Shown piece by piece: positions 16,944 to 30,665 of a stretch of 64,000 nucleotides of DNA (its first letter is position 1; each line of letters begins with the position of its first letter). Under the pieces are notes generated by a model. The model searched no databases, was not told the origin of the DNA, and saw nothing but the letters and a program-made list of their open reading frames with translations. Source of the DNA: Eledone cirrhosa (taxonomy: Eukaryota); contig OZ024740.1 of NCBI GenBank assembly GCA_964016885.1, positions 146,816,001 to 146,880,000 on the forward strand. The letters are read 5' to 3'. The position numbers and the translations under genes were made by a program.

Positions 16944-17422
16944 CTATAGATAAAAAGAAAATCTCAATGATTTCACAATATTGAGTTAGTTAGGTAGTAT
17001 TTCTTTTTGTTTTTTATCTCCAGCTTTCATGAAATTTTATTGCTTGTTCTTTTGGTTAAAATTCCTTATAAATATGACTTCTTATTTATGGTACATGATA
17101 AAATATTAACCAAATTCCATTTCTCTAACAAGATCAATAAATTTGTTGTATTTCAATCTCACTAATATCTCTGTTGTACAGTTTAATTGTGGAAGTACGT
17201 ATATCTTTTCCTTTTATTTTTCTTTGTGACTCATTTTTATTGAGTTGTTTCTTCTATTGATTTATTTCTTTTGTAAATCATATTCATTATAAAGATTGTG
17301 CTTTTTTATTTTTGCTTTACAAAATCTTATTCTTAAATTTTCAATCTACGATTTTAATTTTTGAAATTTTGGGTTAAATTGTTACTTCTCAATTAGTTGT
17401 TGCAAAGTCCAATAAGTTGCAC

Positions 17423-17497
<75 letters not shown>

Positions 17498-17501
<4 letters not shown>

Positions 17502-17668
17502 TCAAACGTTTTACAGCTCCTAGCATGTGTGTGCTAGGGCGAGAAATAAAATTTCAATTATCTATATATATATAAAATTAGAATTTTATTTCTCGCCCTA
17601 GCACACACACATATATATATATATATAACATTACTCATTAAGAGGAGCTGTAAAACGTTTGAATTTCT
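17498..17668. repeat. Nested short fold-back in (TA)n
   Basis: AATTCAAACGTTTTACAGCTCC/GGAGCTGTAAAACGTTTGAATT and GCTAGGGCGAGAAATAAAATT/AATTTTATTTCTCGCCCTAGC. Confidence 0.7.
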
Positions 17669-18119
17669 CTACAAGCTATACAAATAAACAGGAAGATAGA
17701 AAAATATAATGAGAAAAGAGTGGAGCGAGAAGAGATGGGCAAACTGTGCACCCTAGTCTAGGCACTATATCTCAGCAGCGTTCCGCAGACCATAGCGAAA
17801 ACATTACCATGGAGAACAGCCACACAACATTACGAGACTCTTTCTTTAGGCAGGATGCACTCCTCCCGATTTTGCGGAAGAAAACGGCAGAGAAATTAGA
17901 GGTTCAGATACGTTTTGGCAGTGTAAGGGAAGTGAAGGATAATCGAAATTGAAATGTGAGCATCTCTCGGTAGATGTTTACCTTTTACTTTAAAACAGGG
18001 GCCAGTAAATTACGGCCTACACCTTCATTTCATCCAATCTGCGGACCTCATTTAATCAACCCAGCAGACGTTGCATACACAAATATTTGTATTCCATATC
18101 AATCTTGATGGAAACCATT

Positions 18120-18195
18120 TATATTAACTTTGATAACTTTGATAGGTTTCGGCCAATATTGGCGCAGGCCATGTCTAACTTAATAGCCCCACCCA
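18120..18195 (-). mobile_element. 3' terminal fragment of the CR1/L2-like LINE
   Basis: TAACTTTGATAACTTTGATAGGTTTCGGCC..CAGGCCATGTC matches the 3' ends at 33245 and 37371. Confidence 0.75.
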
Positions 18196-18705
18196 TTCTA
18201 CGTTACTTAAGTAATTACATGGTCATGGTTTCATCTCCTTCCCACATTCTAGATTGTATGGCGAAGGTCAGGATCAACGCATCTGAAATAAAATTCTAAA
18301 ATACCCGGAATCATCGGCAAATCAGTTTCTTCAGCCTGTGGAGTTTGAAACGTTTGTGGAGCTGGGCTGCTGACAACGAAGTCCTTGTCATTGTTGGCGG
18401 CTCGTCTTATCGATGTATCAGATGATAACATTTCTTTTTTTTTTCATGGCTGTTTCCAGCCGAAGTTCCAACTGCCAGAATTTACTAGCTAGCATCCCAA
18501 AATGTTAGTATCGTTGTTTTCATTACATTTGGTACAATCATAGATCTGGTTGTATCATTCCTGAGACGACTTTCCGGAGCGTGGTTACGTTTTCCATGAG
18601 AACCAATTTCTAGACATCCTGCACTATTGACACAAGCTTTCTCGATTTCTAGCAGTTTTGTGGTGGTATGTACAACCCTTCTTTCCAAGGCGGCCTATTA
18701 TAACT

Positions 18706-18842
18706 AATATTGAGTTCAAATCCCGCCGAGTTTACCTTAACCTTTCATCTTTACGGGCTCGATAAAATAAAGTACCAGTAATGCGCTTGGGTTAATTTAA
18801 TCGACTTCCCCCAATTGTTGGTCTTGTGCCTAAATCAGAAAT
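18706..18842 (+). mobile_element. SINE family A, partial
   Basis: GAGTTCAAATCCCGCCGAG..GATAAAATAAAGTACCAG..CTTGTGCC. Confidence 0.75.
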
Positions 18843-20124
18843 TATTACTATTATTATCATTGTTATTATTCCTATATATTGTAACTATTATTGAGAATTG
18901 TTTCATTATCATCATCACCCTTTTACATCCACTTCCCCCACTGGCATGGGTTGGACAGGTTGTCAAAGTTCAAGACCAGACAAGTTTGTCAATTAAAATT
19001 TAAAAAGGTAAAAATCACCAATGACTATGTAATGAGTTACAAAAATAATCAAAATAATTTTACTGTACTAAGCTTTGGGATACTTCATTGATTACTCCGT
19101 TTAGATTTTGTTTTTGTTTTTGTTTTTGTTCTTTTTTTTCAACAATAACAAAACACAGTTCTCAAATTTAATTAAAGAAAAAATAAAATTTTATAAATTC
19201 TTGTAAAATTATTGATATATTTCCTTTGTTGCATGAGAGTGGATTCTGTTAATTCAGAAAAGATATCAAGCACTCATTAAATTCTGTTCTATGTTATTGT
19301 ATATACAAAAGTTCAATAGTTTATGAAATTGGAAAGGAATTGTTGGGGTTGTAGGGGCGTCATCCAAATATACGACCCATCCCTCCCCAAGTCAGAACAC
19401 TGCCGAGGATTTCTACCACAGAAAGAAAGAGAAAGTGATGAGGAGAGATAGAGGAGGAACCAACCTCAGTACTAAACTGCTATTTCATTTATCGACCTCG
19501 AAAGGACAAAGGGCAATGATGACCTCATCAGTGAGCTGGGTCAAATACCGAGGCATTTAACACGACGCCTTAACGATTCTGCCAATTCACTCCCTTCGCG
19601 ACATTACCTCCAAGATAAAGATATCTCTTGATAATAACATCTTAATAATGTTCGAAGCAGATGCAATTTAATGACACTTATTACATGTTGTCTGGGGATA
19701 TGGTTGGGTCCCGCATATGTAAAGTAAATTGAAAAATCTCAAGTATCAACTAAGATTAATTGTCCAAGCAATTAGTAAGCAAACATTATCTCTAAGACTG
19801 TGTTTAAAAGTAAAAATAAAAAGATCAAGCAAGAGAGATAACACTAATAAGATCAGTTGATCGAAATTTGAAGGGCGAGAAATCCTTCAAATGTGCGTTT
19901 AAAATTTAGAAACAACAAGCAAGGGAGGCAACTCCAATAAGATTTGTTGATCAAAAGTTTTTGTCAATATAAACTGTGCAGATTAGAGTGCACTTGGTCT
20001 TTAAAGCCAACTCGTGAAATCAACGGTCATGTTTCGGTCTTATTAGACCGAAGCATGTTCTACTTAGTTGATAAGACTGGTATGGATCTCTCCTGATTTC
20101 GATGATGAATGTTCCAGGTATCTT

Positions 20125-20260
20125 ACATTCTAAGTTCAAATCCCGCCGAGGTCAACTTTGCCTTTACTCTCTCCGTGGTCAATATAATAAGGCCCAGTCA
20201 AGCACCAGTGTTAATTTAATCATCAGGTAAATTTTCAGGCCTTGCAATTAAATAAGAAAT
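20125..20260 (+). mobile_element. SINE family A, diverged partial
   Basis: AGTTCAAATCCCGCCGAGGTCAACTTTGCCTTT. Confidence 0.65.
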
Positions 20261-20386
20261 CAATATATGTTGTGTGAATTGAGTGAAACTCAGAGTATCG
20301 ATGTTTTCCGCAATGTCAAGTCTTTATCAATACATATACGGCACTCTATCTGTATCCAGTACTCTTTTTTAATCATGAACATTTAG

Positions 20387-20445
<59 letters not shown>

Positions 20446-21991
20446 CAGAGTCACGTGTGTGTATGTGTGTAAATGTATATACGTGCGTGTATATATGTGT
20501 ATGTGCATATATATATATCTGTGTGTACGTATGTATGTATGCATGCATGCATATATGCGTGAGCGGGCGTATTTATGTTTGTGTATATCTGTATGCTTAT
20601 GTTAAACTGCCTCGACTTGCGGCCCCTTACGTGAAAAAATACTGTAGATTTTCGATAAATATAGTTCGATAAATATGTTCTGGGACTGATATAATCAACT
20701 AAAGCCCTTCAATGCGATGTCTTAACATGGTCGTAGTGCTATGACTAAAACAAGTAAAAGAGTAAAATAAGGAAACAATATAATACAAACTAGAAAATAA
20801 ATACGCAGGTGAAATATATTTTGATGAGGAGAAAACAACACAAAGAAGGATCTAGGACACCATGTACTTCGATATGTTCTCTGCCTCCAGCCTTGTGCTT
20901 CAGCCTCAAACCTGGGCATTATCACCCGTTACGGAGAGGAGCGGAATATATTCAAATACACCTAAAACATAGCTCTAATTAGTAGAGTAAATTGATCGAC
21001 TACTTCCTATTCTTGTCGATCGCTCTCCTCTCCTCACCGGTATCCTCAGTTCTCAAACTACTGCAGACCTGTCAACTCTCCCCGTCCCACAGGGAGATCT
21101 CCCACCCACTTTGTGAAAATGGTTATAGCTTTCATTGTGTAAAATCTTCCCATTTTGCCTCATTTCTCCCTGTCTTGGAGCACGTTTTTTCATGGTACTC
21201 CCCGTTTGGGTTTTTAGAGGTTGGCAAGTCAGCTATTGTTTTTCTTCGCAAAATTGGGAAGAGTGCATCCCGCCAGACGAACCAGTCCTGTGCAGTAGAA
21301 TGACTGATGCAGTGGGTGTCGCTGGCTATTCTCCTGGTATCATGTCCGCAGGATGTAACTGAGATATACCGCCTAGAATGGGCTGTACAGTCTGCTCCTC
21401 CCTCCACTTACTTTCATTATTCCATTTTTTTAATTGCAAACATTATATAATTTAATTGATATTTGTTGAATAAAGATTTTATTTTTGAGATTAAAGCCAG
21501 CAACAATTAAATTAGAAATGAAATTCTAAAATATACCAGAGAGGAAAATAAAAGGAGGAGCTACTCGATGTTCTATACAACCCAAGATACGACAAGAAAC
21601 TGTAAGTGACAATAAAAGCCCAAAATAACTAAATGGACTAAAAACATTTTAGAAATGGCCATCCTACCACACACACACACACACGCGCGGGCGCACGCAC
21701 GCACACACACACAGACACACAGACACAGACACACACAGACACACACAATAGAAAATGAAACAATGAAATTATTCATTCTTTCGTATAATGAACACAATGC
21801 CCTCCAACTTTTTCCCATTAATACAAACCTAGTGAAAAGCAACAAAATAAACTGCTTATCGTCTTTAGATAAATTCTAAGAAGTGCGTTTATTTATTTAT
21901 TTATTTATTTATGTATTTATTTATTTATTTATTATTTTATTTGTTTATTTATTCATTTATTAGAAAAGAACGAAGTGTATAAGACAATAAT

Positions 21992-22102
21992 TGTTTCTAC
22001 TTTAGGCACAAGGCCAGCAATTACCCAGTACATTACTGGTACTTTATTTTATCGACCCCGTAAGGATGAAAGGCAAAGTTAACCTCGGCGGGATTTGAAC
22101 TC
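21992..22102 (-). mobile_element. 5'-truncated SINE family A
   Basis: TSD AGACAATAAT at 21982 and 22103. Confidence 0.85.
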
Positions 22103-22189
22103 AGACAATAATGAAGTGTAGCTACATTAATAATACAACAGGAAGGCAAAGAGTTGTAACAGTTGTTAATAATAGTAGATGAATCACTA

Positions 22190-23810
22190 CCTCCTTACGG
22201 ACAACTGACGCTGCATTCCAAGTCCGAACACAGAAGACCCGAACCCTCACTGTCATCGCCTCCATCACTCTCGTCCTCCCCATCTCTCTCTATTAGGAGC
22301 AAATGGGTCCCACGTGCTGGCCGCTCCATGGTGGACAGAATGGAGAAGGCGTTTTCCCGGAAGATGGTAGGAGCGATGCGCTGGAAGAACCATTCTATCT
22401 CGTGAGGTTCACACCTGCAGCTAGCCAGCTCAACGCCTGTGGTGGTAAGTAGGGAGGTATCCCTAGGGGCAAGGACACCATAAGTATCCACTGCTAGGGG
22501 CTCGACTACAAACCTGTCGGAGAGCGAACGATACTTGGAGAGTTTATCCTCCTCAGCCTGAAGTGTAGCAGAACTTGGGTTAGTCACAGACTGCACCAGG
22601 TTGCCGCTGGAGAATGTGTAGCTGCAAGTGGCATCTCAGACGAGGGGTTTACCACCACGGAACGGGAAGATGGTTATGCCATCACCTCGTTCCAGCCCCA
22701 CCGGCTCGAGCTGGAAGGGGAAGCCTTCAGCATCCAAGCCATGCTTTATGAGGGCAGTATGGTGTGGAAGGCGGCCGGCACTGTAGCGACTGGAAAGCGG
22801 GTGGAGGCCAAAAGAGTCCACGGTGGATCCACAGCGGCATTTGTGTGGCTCGCAAGTCCAGAGGCCAAGCCGTAGGGAAACCTTAATGCGCATGCTATCA
22901 TTGTCCAGCTGCGAGCCAGTGGAGATGGAGGGAAAGGCATGGAACTAGGCACCGCTGTAGGGTTGCCAGGCCGCGCGAAAACATGCAAGGCAGTGCTGGT
23001 CGAGCTGGCGCGCTAGCCTGTCTGAGGTCAAGTTGCACTGGATGGCATCCCAAATACTCTGAGGGGACTTTACATCAGCAGGGGGAGAAGGGACGTCTAC
23101 TGGGCTAAGTTCAAACCGGTTCCACGTCTCGCAGGCAGCCTCTCGTTCCTCGATCACAGTGGGTTCCATTGTGTTTAGGAGACCGTGTTGGTGAGGACGC
23201 GGCCTGAGGTTACCAACGAAAGAAACGCCGGCAAAGCCAGCAATATCGGGGACCGGAGGCCAAGGCCACCGTCCCGAACAGGTAATGTGGCCTGTTGCCA
23301 TCCAATGTCGTCAAACCTGACGTTGCATATCTCCTCAGCTGCCGTTAGGATACAAGTGTCGAGGTCAGCAAGGAGAGATGCGTGGCTGTAGCAAGGAGCG
23401 CTACCAAGAGTATAGGGGAGCTTCAGCATGGCGAAGCAGTTCCTCAACTGCACGAGGGCTGGATGGGCGTCAGTCTTGCCCAGTCGGCTCGTGAGGGTCT
23501 TGAGTTGCTGGTGCCTAGACCTGATGGTGGAGCGGATGGCCGGCGGGTAGATCGGTGACCCGAGGATGAGGACATCCTCTTTAGGGGTCACCTGTATCTG
23601 GAGGAAAATAGACCACACGTCCAAGACGGAGGTTGCAAAGCTCTCAGCTTCATGGTTGACAATCACCACCCCGACTTGGACGAGTGGAACCGCAGATTGT
23701 AGGTCGTGGCAGACAGTCTCCACTGGCCCGCCCAACATAACATAATCCAGGTACCAAACGTTGAGAGCGGTCAGGCTGGCGAAAAAAAGCGGCCTTGAGC
23801 ATAAGGGTCC
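22190..23810 (-). mobile_element. Degenerate CRE-clade non-LTR retrotransposon (RT C-terminus, Zn knuckle, restriction-like endonuclease)
   Basis: WYLDYVMLGG, ATLPVRDGGLGLRS, HKCRCG..FGLHPL, DGITIFPF..DATC, EDKLSKY, PLAVDTYG; multiple frameshifts. Confidence 0.8.
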
Positions 23811-24394
23811 AGGGCGCCCAGTGAAATGAAAGTGATAAATATCTTGTGGATTACTACTGCAGTCACCAACCCAAAACAGAAACCCAAGCTCAACGGATGT
23901 ACGCCGAGGAAATATCAAAAAAACATTCCAGTGAAGTTTTGAGTTGAATTAAGATCTGTATTGATTCTATAAAAAGGGTTAGGGAAGGTCCCTGAATTGG
24001 TTATATGAAAATAATGAAAAGCAACCAATCTTTTCAAACTTCGTCGTGAAGCTTCTGCGCCAGCAAGCCGTGTTTAATAAAAAGAAATAAGCAAAATCAG
24101 CCACAAAAACTGCACGACAAATAAAAATATCAACAAGTCCAGTAGATTCTTCTCCCGAGAAAAGTACTAAAAACAAGAACCACGACAAAAAAACAACAAC
24201 AAAAAAAACAAAAAAAAAAACAAAACAAAAAACAAAACAAAAAACAAGCAACTGAGACAGAAATATTGTCATTACGTAGACAGGTGAAACACACATTACA
24301 CACAGAAACGAGCAAAAATTACAAACAACATAACACTAGTCCCACCAAAATTTAGTCAAAACATTATTTATATCGACAAAACACTCAGGGAACG

Positions 24395-24790
24395 AAACTG
24401 GAGCCTGCCGGCCTCGAACGTGGCGATGACAAGCGCCCAGACGGGATAACTCTCTTTCCGTTTGAGGGAGGTAAATCTCTAATTTGGGATGCCACATGCA
24501 GCGACACGTTCCCCGTCACCAATCTTGTCGTTTCGGCCACAAAGACGGGCACTACCGCTAGCAAAGCGAAGCAGAGGGAGATAGCTAAATACCGGGATTT
24601 GATCGACTGCTTCCGCTTCGTGTCAGTCGCCGTTGAGACCTCTGCTGTATTCGGTCCCTTAAACCCCGTTTTCTTCCGTAAAAATCGGAGTGCTTCTCGC
24701 CTATGGGGAGGAACTCCGTGAGGTGGCGTGGTTGATGCAGCGGGTGTCGCTGGCAGTTCTTCGCGATAATGCCTTCATTTTATCCACGGA
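24395..24790 (+). mobile_element. Second CRE-like restriction-like endonuclease fragment
   Basis: Translates PAGLERGDDKRPDGITLFPFEGGKSLIWDATCSDTF; further 3'-end relics at ~17720-17890 (-) and ~21230-21350 (+). Confidence 0.75.
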
Positions 24791-25258
24791 GAGCAAATGA
24801 AATACATCACCTAGTCAAGGGTGCAGAGACTTCCCCCTTCCTCCCTTTCTCTTACTTTCGTTATTTAATTCTGTCTCTTTCTTTTTTTGGGGGGTGGGTT
24901 GAGTGGGGGGAGTTGTATCAACCATTATATAATTTAATTGAAATTTACTACTAATTTGATCTATGATCAATGAACATGTTAATGAATACCCACCACAAAT
25001 CCAAGCTCTCGGCTTTTGGACATTGAATGTTTTTTTTTTCATGGTACTCCCGGTTTGGGTTTCTAAAGGTTGGCAGTTCTGTCGTCTCTCTCTTTCTCCC
25101 CCACCGCAATATCTATGTATTTATTTAGCTTGCTAAACAACTTCCAACATTATATATATATATATATATATATAATGAAAAATTGAACAGGGACAGAACA
25201 GAGAGGCAGTACGACAAATGTTTATTAAATTCACGCTCAGGAGAGTGGGGGGTAGGTG

Positions 25259-25297
<39 letters not shown>

Positions 25298-25319
25298 TAG
25301 ATACATATTATAGATATCT

Positions 25320-28100
25320 TTCTTGATTTGCCACAGGGGCGTACAAAAATGGGTCATTACAAGATGTGACGGCGGGGGTTTTACATAAAATCTTTAACAA
25401 TGATAAATAACAATAAACTATATAAAAATAAAACAATTGAAATCCCCATTAGGGGGGTAACCTACTGGGTTGTTTTACACCCCGTGGATAGAACAACTCA
25501 CAACACCAGGAACACGTTTTGCTCCCGTCTTCCCTCTGTTTATTTTCCTCAACCTACAGGTTTATATACAGAGAAGGCCCATTCACTCGGGCCATTTTCG
25601 CCACATTCATCCACCTTTCAGCGAATTTACTGGGGTGTAGCACCTCTCTCTCCACTCTCACCTTCCTTCTGAAGTGATACTTAAAGAAGGGGATGAGTTG
25701 TTTTCCGGAGAGAAAGGTGTTTGCCCTCAGTCCTTTTAACCTCGTCCACCATATTACCTCTTTCGCCATAGCCACTAGACAGAGGAAGACCGCCTCTAAT
25801 TCATTCTTAAATGAAGGCGGCGGGATGATCCTCACGATGGACTCGGCTGACAATTGGATGCGTCCTACACGTGACAGTAGCTGTTCGACATAATTCCACA
25901 GGTCGGTCACCCCTGGGTACTGAACAATTGCGTGTAGAACGGTTTCGATGTCCTGCTCGCATCTTGAACAGGTCCTTTTGGTAGGATCTCTGGCAGAGCG
26001 TCCGTGCCTGTAGATTTTGCCTCGAATTGGTAGAGCTCCTCGGTAGAACTGAGAGGCCAGAGACCTCTGGAAATTATCCATAGGCCATAGACAGAAGGAC
26101 CTCCCGAACAGACTAGTCAGTTCGTCTTCCTCAATGCCTAAAGTTTCCCCGAGAAAGTCGTCGCACTTATCCTCCACTAATCCCCTATACAATGTCGAAG
26201 TGGAGTCTCCGCTGATTGCCGTTTCCGCTTGGTATAAGGCTGTGAACGCCTGAAGGCACTCGAGGTGCCAGGCGCCCATTTTCAGTCTTCGCTTGACCCA
26301 GGACTGCAGCTCTGTTAGTGAGACGAGTTGTGGAAGAGCTCGTCTCACAAACGACAGCTACGCCGGTCAGGAACACCTGGAGATGGCGTAGCCTCAGCGC
26401 GTGTTTGCGCATCATCAGCCACGGCATGCCCAGCCCTCCGTTAGAAGAGTGTTGACAGCAGATGGATCTCCTCACCAATGGAGCCTGTTTCTTCCAGAGG
26501 AACTTGAAGAGTAGGCGTTCCCTTTTGGTGAGGTATTCGCGGGGATAAGGCACGACTGTCAGCGGTAGTAGATGACGGACGCTATGTAAGTGTTCGCCAC
26601 CTCCGCTCCAAGGAGAGTTTGCACTCAGCCCACTTCTAGGTGAGTGCAAACACTTTCACCGCGACCTCGTTCCAGTTCTTGTCCACCTGGAGGTCTGGAC
26701 CAAACCAGACCCCGAGCAATTTCACCGGTCCTTCCGTCAAGCGTCCAACGACACTGTCGGAAGGCATGGGTTTGCCTCTCCATATGCCGAGTTACAAACC
26801 GACAGACTTGTTTGGGTTTAGTTTTGCTCCTGTCAACGTTTCGTATTCCTGTAATAGGTTGCCGATTACCCTGATGTCCGAGGTTTTCGACACCATTACG
26901 GTTATGTCGTCGGCATAGGCCAACGCTGCTTTCCGCAGTCCTGGTTCGATCGGGATGCCCTGCAACAGCTCCAACTTCCGCAGTAATGGCTCGAGAGTCA
27001 GTACGTACAGAATGGAGGAGAGAGGGCACCCTTGACGGATGGAACGCATGATTTAGAATGGCTCCGATAGGTAGCCATTCACCTTGACTGCCGAGCAGAT
27101 GCTGGTGTGCATGGCAGCGATCCAGCCTCTGAAGAGGGGACCGAAGCCGACCGCCTTGTGAACCACTTCTAAGTATTGATGGTCGACCCTATCAAATGCT
27201 TTAGACTGATCTAAATTGATCAGAGCCCCACCGAAGCCAGGTTTACACCCTACCATCTCTATGATGTATCGCATGAGGTGGAGGTTGTCGTGTATGGACC
27301 TGGTCGGGATTGCACACGTTTGCGCTTCCCCTACCAGGTTCTCGACGACAAGCGCCAGACTCGCTGCTAACACCTTAGCCAACATCTTTAACTCTGTGTT
27401 GAGCAGAGTTATGGGCCTGAAATTGCTTATCTCATCCCCTTGTTCTCATCTTTCCTGATCAGCGTTACTACGCCTCTGCCTACAGAACTGGGAATCCTCC
27501 CGTTCTGCTGCCAGTTGCAGTAGACCACTTCGAGGACGCCAGAGAACAAGTCTGGAATGCCCATGTAAATCTCATAGGGTAGACCATCTAAACCGGGTGA
27601 TTTGCGTTTCCCACAGCGGCCTAGGGCATCTTCTATTTCGCCCGCTGTGATCGGCCTTTCGCAGCTCTCCGCATCCGTGCTCGAGAGTTGTGGTACGCCA
27701 TCGAGGTAGGAGCTGAAGTCCATCATCTCCCTTGACGTACCGCTTTGCCCGAACAGTTGTGCAAAATGCTGCTGGAAGGCCGTGCACATCTGCTTGGATT
27801 CAAGTAGAATGCGTCCATCTTTGTCTTGCAAGGACCGAATTGTGGATTTGTTGCCATTTTTCGCCTCTGCCACTCGAGCCCAGCTAACCACTTTGGCTCC
27901 CTCGTTTCTTAGAGCACGTGTTCTACTTCTGACAATACAACCTTCGTGTTTCACGCTGAAGAATTTGTCTAGTACCGTTCTCGACGCTAGCTTGTCAGCT
28001 GTACTGCCATTCCTAAGTGCCTCTTCTACTTTAGCCACCAGTTCCTTTTCGGTTTTGTTTTTTTCTAAAGCTACTTCCTTGCTAAATGCTATCGATTCTA
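25320..28100 (-). mobile_element. Tx1/L1-group LINE ORF2, 5'-truncated and frameshifted
   Basis: KSPGLDGLPYE, NFRPITLLN, LDQSKAFDRVDH, IRQGCPLS, YADDI, GGLGMP, CxxC..ETVLH Zn knuckle. Confidence 0.9.
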
Positions 28101-28363
28101 ATATAGATAGATAGATATAGTATTTATAAAATTTCATACACTTAGTATATATGCGCGATATTGGGTTTCGGTGTTCAGTTATGGTCTAGTTATAGTGGAG
28201 GAGCCGCTTCATCGGGCGGTGGGACTCTAGGACTATTTCTATCTACGGATATCCCGCATATATATTTATTATTTATATATATAATATATTTATTATTATA
28301 TATATAATAAGGGTTTAGATCAATATCCAATGATTATATATATTATATATATATATATATATA

Positions 28364-28808
28364 ATTATAAATAAAATAACAGGAGGCTGGACTGGTGTAA
28401 ATCCTTGAAAGGTTTATTATACTATGATCATTACAATGACCGGGTTCCATATGAATCCGGTGATATCATCAGGTATTCGAAATATAACAAAGGAACATAA
28501 CAGATAAAATGCATGCGTCCGAAAATCAAAGACAAAGAGGACATTAGTAGACCAAAGTGGTCATTAGTAGACCGAGTAGCCATCACTTGAGGGCGACTGA
28601 CTGAGGTGAAAGCAGCTAGTTGATCAGTCGTCCTCTTTGCCTTTGATTTTCGGACCCATGCATTTTATCTGTTATGTTCCTTTGTTATATTTCGAATACC
28701 TGATGATATCACCGGATTCATACGGAACCCGGTCATTGAAATGATCATAGTATAATAAACCTTTCAAGGATTTACACCAGTCCAGCCTCCTGTTATTTTA
28801 TTTATAAT
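28364..28808. mobile_element. Fold-back element with ~180 bp arms carrying hammerhead motifs
   Basis: About 28364-28541 is inverted against 28629-28808; starts at (TA)n. Confidence 0.85.
28696..28753 (+). ncRNA. Minimal type I hammerhead ribozyme
   Basis: ATAC-CTGATGA-TATCACCGG..CCGGTCATT-GAA-ATGATCAT-A-GTAT with palindromic stem III; the inverted copy at 28419-28476 has GAAA mutated to GTAA. Confidence 0.8.
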
Positions 28809-28949
28809 AATTAACTCCGTATTCGCACCACCAACTACACAAATGAAGACGGGTGAGCTGCATTACGTTGAGTACTCTCCATAATATTACATCAAGATTG
28901 ACCATACGGAATGACCAATTCTATCCAGTGGTGAACCAACAAACCTAAA

Positions 28950-29023
<74 letters not shown>

Positions 29024-29099
29024 CCGTTCCGGCACCGAAGACGCTTGGTCCTCGAGGACGCGCCCTAATTTCGATAACCAAACATTTGAAAAAAAAAAA

Positions 29100-29343
29100 T
29101 TGTTTCTACTATTGGCACAAGGCCAGAAATTACCCAGTACATTACTCGTACTTTATTTTATCGACCCCGTAAGGATGAAAAGCAAAGTTAACCTCGGCGG
29201 GATTTGAACTCAGAATGGCAAGGGCCGTAACTCTGTGCGTCAAAGCATGGCGTCCGAACCTCTACCGATACTGCCAATCCACCGCCCATTTGAAAAAAAA
29301 TAATTGTTTCTACGTTAGGCACAAGGCCAGCAATTACCCAGTG
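29100..29343 (-). mobile_element. Full-length SINE family A plus an adjacent 3' fragment
   Basis: A/B boxes and central domain; flanking repeat CATTTGAAAAAAAA. Confidence 0.88.
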
Positions 29344-30489
29344 TAAAAATAATAATAAACAACCTTCAGCCTCCAGGACGTATGGTAGCTTTTTGAGACT
29401 TATTTAAGGAGAAAAGTAGCGTCTTCGACGCCGGAAAATACGGCATATACAATACTTTGCAGTATTTTGTTAAAACTTTCTCCGTTCTGAGTTCAAATGA
29501 CACTGAGATATAATTTTTTTAAAGGAACCAATCGTGAGATCGGCCAAAGGAAACAAGGTTTCCATTAGTTTTTCCATTGATGATACTATTTCCTGGCAAT
29601 TGCGGTATGATTAAAGAAATTAACATCCTTCGGTTTGTCTTGCCTAGTACAATAAAATGGCTCTTAATCGAACTTCCTGTTACAGGAATATTTGAACGGT
29701 AGATTGCACTTCATAACCATTTTAGCATAGTCAGAAATGTAGAATGATGACATGTAGCTGAAATTCTGTATTCTTGTTCGTTTTTTTTTTTTAAAACAAA
29801 TTCGTATTCTTTTTCGTGTTTTTTAAAAACAAATACTTCCTTGAGTGTAAAAAAACTTACAAAAACTTTGTGGCTCAAACGCAGGATCCGACTAAGTTAC
29901 CGAATGATCCACAACATTTTTTAGATTTCCTTAGTTCAATTATTCTTATATGAAGAAAATAAAACTTAAGCAAGACGAGTGACTTCTGGATTTTGTAGGC
30001 CCATAACTTTACTTCAGTTTTCAATATGACCTCTCTCAATATAAATTTCCTCAACAAGTTGAGAATGAAATAAATGAAAGATGCATCAATCTTTTATCGA
30101 GCTTGTGCAGTAAATTAAGCAACGACTACCAGATAATTTCAAAGTTTGAGACTCCATGAAATATTTTCATTCATCTGAGTATCTTAAACATATTAATCTT
30201 GCAATTTTAGACTTTGCAAAATATTTTTTATGAAAATGATAAAACCATAACTAAAATAGACCTTCAATGGAAGCAGCTACGGAATGTACCCAACATTGAA
30301 GTTACGAATATCATTACCTTTTGAATTGAAATTTCTTTGTATAGAGAATCTGCCGGAGAAAATTTGCTAAAAAAACTGTGGTTTAAAAACTACTTATTTT
30401 GATGCATTCAAATGTGGAAAGCTTTTTTAGTTCATTCAAAAATGCACGATCGTATGAAGTTAAAGACTTCGAGAGAATTTCATTTGTAA

Positions 30490-30665
30490 AATATTGGGGG
30501 AGGGGTAAGTCGATATATCGACCCTAATGCGTTACTGATACTTTATTTTATCAACTCCGTAAGGATGAAAGGCAAATCTAGTCTCGGCGAAATTTGAACG
30601 TAGAACGAAAAGGGACGTAACTATATGCCACAAAGCATGTTCCGGCGCTCTACCGATACTGCAAA
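30490..30665 (-). mobile_element. Diverged SINE family A
   Basis: CCGTAAGGATGAAAGGCAAA..CTCTACCGATACTG. Confidence 0.75.
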